This document shows, piece by piece, positions 31,026 through 36,108 of a stretch of 36,108 nt of DNA. The stretch lies in sequence record SRR22947727_309; one strand, 5' to 3'. The first letter of the stretch is position 1. Each line of letters begins with the position of its first letter. Below the pieces are notes generated by a model that did no database searches, was not told the origin of the DNA, and was given only the letters and a program-made list of their open reading frames with translations. The position numbers and the translations under genes are program-made.

Positions 31026-31664
31026 TTAAATGTTAAAGCTCTTTCTTTGGGAAAGACCTGACCGCCACCGTATTATATTAGGGTGCATATTTTCGTTGGC
31101 TTTCTTTTTAACAACCCTCGCAAAATCTAAGGCGCATGCTGCAGAGATATCTGCTATTGTGAATTTTCCTGTCGAAATAAATTCTTTCTCTTGGAGTTGT
31201 GTTTCTAGAAAATTTAAAAAGTTGTCTATCTGCTTAAGTCCTCTTATGGATAGTTCTGGTATTTGCTTGTAATTATGTTTTCCTGGCAGCGATCTATCTT
31301 TCATTGCAGGGTTAGCATTTCGCAAGGCACTAGCAACTGCCATACCAAACTCATGATCTATCTTCGATTGCCAGGATGCTATAACAGCTTTTTCATAGGG
31401 TGTAGTGCCTAACAGGGGGGGCTCTGGATAAATTTCCTCGAGATAAGCTGCGATAGAGGCGTTATCAGTTAAGATTTTTCCATCTTCAAGCTGTAATGCA
31501 GGAACAGTGCAATCAGGATTAATTTTACGGAATGCATCTCCCATTTGCTCATTTGCCATGAGATTAATTTCAACAGTTTTATGTGGTACGTTTTTTTCAG
31601 CTAAAAAAATTCTAGCCCGCCTAGGGCTAGGCGCCTTACTGTAATCATAGAATATAAGTGTCAT
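31026..31664 (-). CDS. Glutathione S-transferase family protein
   Basis: APSPRRARIFLAEK, INP..TVPALQLEDG.ILTDN..I..YLEE and FTIADI. Confidence 0.93.
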   Translation of the reverse strand: MTLIFYDYSKAPSPRRARIFLAEKNVPHKTVEINLMANEQMGDAFRKINPDCTVPALQLEDGKILTDNASIAAYLEEIYPEPPLLGTTPYEKAVIASWQSKIDHEFGMAVASALRNANPAMKDRSLPGKHNYKQIPELSIRGLKQIDNFLNFLETQLQEKEFISTGKFTIADISAACALDFARVVKKKANENMHPNIIRWRSGLSQRKSFNI

Positions 31665-31704
31665 ATATAACCTAAATTATTTTTGATACAGGTAAAGCAG
31701 TATA

Positions 31705-32301
31705 TTATGGCATGTATTGTTCTGGGTCCCCATCAGGGCCTATATTTGTAACGTAAAACTCCGCAAGCTCAACAGTTTGTCTGGCAAAAGCTAGGTTATA
31801 GTTCCACTCAGTTCTTTCAGCTGCATAGTCACGGTTAGCTTTTCCTGTGAGGTAATAGAGTTTCCATTCTTTATCGAGCGCAATACGTTCTTCAATGACA
31901 GAGTCATAAGGTTCTATATTTCTTTGTAATGCGACTAAAATATCGCCTTTTTCCTTCCCTTTTTGAGGTTTGGCTGCTCTGGCCCAGAAAGAAACAACTA
32001 TGATATCATTTTTTTTGATATCTTTTACCATATCATTACGTGTTGCTATGTCCCAAGAGTTAGGTTTTTTCTTTCTTACAGTAACCCTGTAGGCCATTCC
32101 GCTTGGAGCACCTTCTGATTCCACTATTTTTTCTCTTTTGTCTGGCCCGTAGGTTACCCAGTCAAAATTTAGACTACTGACTAAAAACGGAAATGCTCTC
32201 TGATCACTTGAGCTATTCATTTCATCGGCAGAAGAAGTTATGTTTGCTCCAAATATTAAAAGAGCAAAAGAAAATATCGTTATAAATATTCGGTTTAACA
32301 T
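31705..32301 (-). CDS. Secreted protein with a CBM4/9-like carbohydrate-binding domain (putative)
   Basis: Signal peptide, then AYRVTV.KK.PNSWD...IKKND.IVVSFWARA...EWKLY, resembling CBM4/9 beta-sandwich modules. No catalytic domain visible. Confidence 0.6.
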   Translation of the reverse strand: MLNRIFITIFSFALLIFGANITSSADEMNSSSDQRAFPFLVSSLNFDWVTYGPDKREKIVESEGAPSGMAYRVTVRKKKPNSWDIATRNDMVKDIKKNDIIVVSFWARAAKPQKGKEKGDILVALQRNIEPYDSVIEERIALDKEWKLYYLTGKANRDYAAERTEWNYNLAFARQTVELAEFYVTNIGPDGDPEQYMP

Positions 32302-32335
32302 ATTATTCCTTTATGTGTTTAAATTTTTTTAGGTT

Positions 32336-33016
32336 CTATCCGAGAAGGTTTTCAAGGTATTTAATTTGTGCCACAATCTCTTTTTTTGCCACACATTTTT
32401 TACATTTTGACCCCAGTTTTTTTAATTTTTTATAGTGTTCATTCGCTTTTTTGAGGTTGTTGTCTTGGTATTCCATTAAACTCAACCTGAAATGCGCATC
32501 ATATAAGTTTTTTCTTAACCCTGTTGATCTTAAAAGTGTTGCTTTGGCTTCATCACGCTTTCCAAGCTTTAGTTGTGACATACCCATCATGTAAATTTGG
32601 AAACCCCTATCTTCGCATGTACGTGTTCCTTCATTATCTTTATTTCTAAAATCCGATGAATTGAGTTGAACCTTAGGTATTACAGGTTGTGTCGTTGGTG
32701 CTACAACTGCACCTCCTAAGCCGCCTGATGGTTGGGCAGGAAGATCAATATCTGTTCCAACATCAGAGCGTATTGTACTGTCTCTGGCTCCCTCAAGTCC
32801 TGAAATGAAGTTACGTTCAATCCTTAATGCACAAAAAGCATTTTGTTTAAATTCAATTTCAGCAGTGGCAAAATCCCCAGCACGCCAAGCCGACATTGCT
32901 GGGTCAGTTTGAATAGTTCCTGTTGTTATTATTTCTTCGATAGAGCCTATGTCTTCACTTTGGGCGGGTAAAAAACTAGTCAGAGATAATATTATAATTA
33001 AATGAAGTTTACTCAT
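32336..33016 (-). CDS. Secreted TPR-like protein with an N-terminal TonB-box-like motif
   Basis: Signal peptide (..LPAQS), IEEIITTG, TPR-like YMMGMSQLKLGKRDEAKATL / AHFRLSLMEY...KKANEHY and a C-terminal CxxC. Start placed at ATG 33016. Confidence 0.65.
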   Translation of the reverse strand: MSKLHLIIILSLTSFLPAQSEDIGSIEEIITTGTIQTDPAMSAWRAGDFATAEIEFKQNAFCALRIERNFISGLEGARDSTIRSDVGTDIDLPAQPSGGLGGAVVAPTTQPVIPKVQLNSSDFRNKDNEGTRTCEDRGFQIYMMGMSQLKLGKRDEAKATLLRSTGLRKNLYDAHFRLSLMEYQDNNLKKANEHYKKLKKLGSKCKKCVAKKEIVAQIKYLENLLG

Positions 33017-33074
33017 ATTTAAAATCCTATCCGTAATCAAAGCAACAAAAACTAACTGTTGTTGTAATTATAAG

Positions 33075-33096
33075 TATTTGACAGCGCTGTCAAATA
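33075..33096. promoter_or_regulatory. Perfect 22-bp palindrome, LacI-family-type operator overlapping a putative promoter
   Basis: TATTTGACAGC|GCTGTCAAATA with a central AGCGCT core. The minus strand gives TTGACA-N15-TATAAT facing the TPR gene. Confidence 0.8.
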
Positions 33097-33107
33097 TCTA
33101 AAATAAG

Positions 33108-34625
33108 CTATATAGAGCTGGCATTGTAATGCTTGATAAATTCTTCATGAGTTTTCATTTTATCTACACTAACTTTCATGGCATTTTGCATGGAGTCGAG
33201 ACTATGTTGCACTTGATTAAACGGTAATGAGGAAATTATGGGGTCAATGTTCTTTGGTATTATATTCTGCCCTAAGCAAACTGCGATCCAGCTAGGCTTC
33301 GAGAATAATTCATCATCATATCTAAATACTCTACCTGCTTCTCTAAAAAGTTCTACTTTGGCACTTAAGCTATCCGGAACACTCATATTTCTGCAATAAT
33401 TCCAAAATTCACTATCATCCCGTTCTGTTGCTTTATAATGCAATATAATAAAATCACGAACTTGATGAAATTCTTTTAACATCTGTTTGTTATATTCGCT
33501 TCTCACCACCTCTGAAACTTCAGTTGTCGGAAATAGAGATATAAATTTACTAATACCCACTTGAATGAGATATAGCGAAGTTGACTCCAATGGCTCTAAA
33601 AAGCCTGCTGATAAACCAATGGAAATACAGTTTTTATTCCATAAATTTTTACGACAACCAGTTTTAAAGCTTATTTTACGTGGGTTTCCAATAAGTTCAC
33701 TGTCGATCCCATCTAATAATACTTCAGTTGCATCGGTGTCTCTCATGAATTTACTTGAATAAATATGCCCGTTACCTGTTCTACGTTGGGTGGGTATTCT
33801 CCATTGCCACCCAGCTGTTTTAGCTGTGGCTTTCGTATAGGGTAAAAGTTCTCCTTTTTGTTTGCTTGCTACAGTTTGAGCGCTATCGCAAGGTAACCAG
33901 TGGCTCCAATCTGTAAATGGCACCTTAAGTGCTCCATCAGACAGTAAAGCCCTAAACCCAGTGCAATCAAAATAGAAATCACCTTTTATAATTTGTTTAC
34001 TTTCCATTTGAAGATTGGCTATATTTCCAGTTTCTTGGTCTAGGTTTACTTGAGTGACTTTACCTTCCAAACGATTAACGTGTCTTAATTCAGCATAATT
34101 ACGTAAGTATTTCGCATATTTGGTTGCATCAATATGATATGCATAACGTAAATGAGATAATAAAGATCTTGGGTTTTGATCTGGCATAGAAAATTTATTT
34201 TCGACACTTGCGACTGCGCAGATACTATAATCTTGTAACTTTGCAGTACTGCCTCCTTCTTTAGAGCGAAGCCAAAATTGATGGAAGTCAATCCCTTGCA
34301 TATCTACGCCAATATTACCGAAGGGATGAAAATATGAGTCGCCTTTGCGACCCCAGTTGTTAAATTCTATTCCCAGTTTAAATGTTCCATCTGTTGCTTT
34401 TAAAAACTCAGCTTCATCAATCCCCAGCATAGCATTGAAATTTAACATATCCGGAATTGTTGCCTCTCCAACTCCCACAGTGCCAATCTGTTCTGACTCA
34501 ATCAGTGTAATATTTACATTATTAGGGCTTAACATGCTTGATAAAGCGGCAGCTGTCATCCAGCCCGCTGAGCCTCCGCCTACAATAACTATATTTTTTA
34601 TATTATTTTGATTGGACTTTGTCAT
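33108..34625 (-). CDS. Tryptophan-halogenase family flavin-dependent halogenase (motifs intact)
   Basis: GGGSAG, VGVGEATIP, TFKLGI (catalytic Lys), WQWRIP (WxWxIP) and GFLEPLESTS. Confidence 0.95.
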   Translation of the reverse strand: MTKSNQNNIKNIVIVGGGSAGWMTAAALSSMLSPNNVNITLIESEQIGTVGVGEATIPDMLNFNAMLGIDEAEFLKATDGTFKLGIEFNNWGRKGDSYFHPFGNIGVDMQGIDFHQFWLRSKEGGSTAKLQDYSICAVASVENKFSMPDQNPRSLLSHLRYAYHIDATKYAKYLRNYAELRHVNRLEGKVTQVNLDQETGNIANLQMESKQIIKGDFYFDCTGFRALLSDGALKVPFTDWSHWLPCDSAQTVASKQKGELLPYTKATAKTAGWQWRIPTQRRTGNGHIYSSKFMRDTDATEVLLDGIDSELIGNPRKISFKTGCRKNLWNKNCISIGLSAGFLEPLESTSLYLIQVGISKFISLFPTTEVSEVVRSEYNKQMLKEFHQVRDFIILHYKATERDDSEFWNYCRNMSVPDSLSAKVELFREAGRVFRYDDELFSKPSWIAVCLGQNIIPKNIDPIISSLPFNQVQHSLDSMQNAMKVSVDKMKTHEEFIKHYNASSI

Positions 34626-36093
34626 TCTGCTTCCTGAGATATTTTATCAATCCTGTGATGTATTTGTTAAGTGGGGGTATTTTTTCTGATATTATAAAAT
34701 TATTTTTTTTGATGTTTTTTAGTGTTTCTATGAGCTGAGTTTCATCGAGCCTATCTGCTAATGCGTCATACCTTTTTGGTATGCGTTTCATACCCAAATG
34801 TATCTGGATCCAGTCCTCATTGTTGAATGGTTCAAGGTCATATTGCAGAACAATGCCTCTACTCTTAAATTGCATTATTTTATTTTTAAGTTTATCATAA
34901 ATTAGTTCTTCAATTTTGTTTTCATAGCTTTCTTTTTTTATAATGGTCTGGGCGGGTTGAAATGCACTCTCGAATGTAGATGCGTGAATATAATCCTCTG
35001 TGAAACGGCGGTTATATTCTTTAGCTTCAATTTTCATATCGTGCGAAATTGGAATTAGCTCCAACATCCTCTTAACATCATTTTGTAAAAGCATAATGGG
35101 TGCTGGTGTTAATGGTGATAATACAGCTGCACTATGTCCTAATCTAAGACAATTATTTATCCAGGGATTTTCAGAAAAACCAGTGGTAATGGTAACACCG
35201 GTTGAGTGATGAGTTCGTGATTCAGTATCATTATCTTTTTTGTTGGATATCTCACTTATATTAAGTATTTGAAGTTTATCTTGTAAAAATGTTTGTGATT
35301 TCCATTTTTCAATATTGCCATGAACTTTTCTACAAGAGCCAATTATCTCGTTATGAGGTGAAATATTCTCTACCGCTTTGAGTGTACGATTATGTCCAAA
35401 ATTAATACGCTTATCATAAATTCCTAAATTACCCTGAGTGCAATCAATAAAAAAATCACCTGATATATTAGCGCCATTGGATAATGTTAAAGATTTAATT
35501 TCTCCATTAGATTTTTCGATGGATTTTATGCTTCCTTTTTCTATATTTATATCCCAGTTATCTAATTTTCTACCTATTATTTTTCGTAATTCAGCAGGAT
35601 GAAAATGATAACCATATTCTATATTTTTTAAGGGACTTTTAGGGTCTTTTGATGGGTGGGCAAAAACCCCTTTATTAGCTGCACACACAGACATAATATA
35701 GGGACCTATAGCTGATTGCTCTGGGAATTTGGCGGTGATTCGATTTAAATAGTGGTGAAACATTACTCCTTGTATCAGGGGTAGAGGTTGATGATGGCAT
35801 TGATACCATGAATTTTTTTCCTCGCCCCAGTCTAAATAATGTGTTCCTAATGAAAAAGACGTGTTGCTTTGGGTTAATAGTTCAATTTCAGTTATGCCCA
35901 AACTTAATAAAAATGCGTAAGTTGATGTTGATGTTACATTTCCGTAAAATATATCTTTTTCGTGAGTGCAGAGGGTATCTATTAACGTTAATTTGGTTTC
36001 CTTTGGCAGTGCCTTGGCCAGTGCTGCTGTAGTTATTACACCAGCTAATCCATTTCCACATATGATAATATTTTTTATGTTAGAATTATTCAT
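34603..36093 (-). CDS. Tryptophan-halogenase-like protein, catalytically degenerate
   Basis: Same architecture (GNGLAG, YGYHF, GDFFIDCT, EYNRR, F.SRG, W..I.LG...P..YD.L), but SFSLG replaces TFKLG, LSPLTP replaces LEPLES, and WxWxIP is lost. Confidence 0.82.
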   Translation of the reverse strand: MNNSNIKNIIICGNGLAGVITTAALAKALPKETKLTLIDTLCTHEKDIFYGNVTSTSTYAFLLSLGITEIELLTQSNTSFSLGTHYLDWGEEKNSWYQCHHQPLPLIQGVMFHHYLNRITAKFPEQSAIGPYIMSVCAANKGVFAHPSKDPKSPLKNIEYGYHFHPAELRKIIGRKLDNWDINIEKGSIKSIEKSNGEIKSLTLSNGANISGDFFIDCTQGNLGIYDKRINFGHNRTLKAVENISPHNEIIGSCRKVHGNIEKWKSQTFLQDKLQILNISEISNKKDNDTESRTHHSTGVTITTGFSENPWINNCLRLGHSAAVLSPLTPAPIMLLQNDVKRMLELIPISHDMKIEAKEYNRRFTEDYIHASTFESAFQPAQTIIKKESYENKIEELIYDKLKNKIMQFKSRGIVLQYDLEPFNNEDWIQIHLGMKRIPKRYDALADRLDETQLIETLKNIKKNNFIISEKIPPLNKYITGLIKYLRKQNDKVQSK

Positions 36094-36108
36094 TATTATT
36101 TAACTATG

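Noticed and set aside
33108-36093. Pyrrolnitrin/rebeccamycin-type biosynthetic gene cluster
   Set aside because: No prnBCD, NRPS/PKS or flavin reductase in view. The context is carbohydrate/TonB-like.

Overview
AT-rich alphaproteobacterial chromosomal segment. Gene content and order suggest a streamlined, possibly marine Caulobacterales/Maricaulales-like lineage (inference). Most of it is core housekeeping: partial tRNA-Arg(ACG), GNAT, DmpA/P1 peptidase, ggt, fba-pgk-gap, DUF4164-zapA-6S RNA-5-FTHF cyclo-ligase-YmdB, aspartate aminotransferase, LysR(LsrB/VtlR-like)-trxB, ELM1-like-greA, carB, an SDR epimerase, carA, yqeY-dnaG-rpoD, DUF2161, M16 peptidase, tesB, DAACS transporter and tRNA-Ile2(CAT). 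The last ~5 kb is accessory: GST, a secreted CBM4/9-like protein, a secreted TPR protein with a TonB-box-like motif, a perfect 22-bp LacI-type operator, and a coupled pair of tryptophan-halogenase-family genes (one intact, one catalytically degenerate). The best leads are (1) an AbcR/alpha-r15-like three-hairpin sRNA with anti-SD loops and an LsrB-type box just downstream of the LysR gene, (2) the halogenase/pseudo-halogenase + operator + TPR + CBM module, and (3) a DUF2161 gene with no canonical start codon. No CRISPR array, integrase, transposase or phage gene was recognised.
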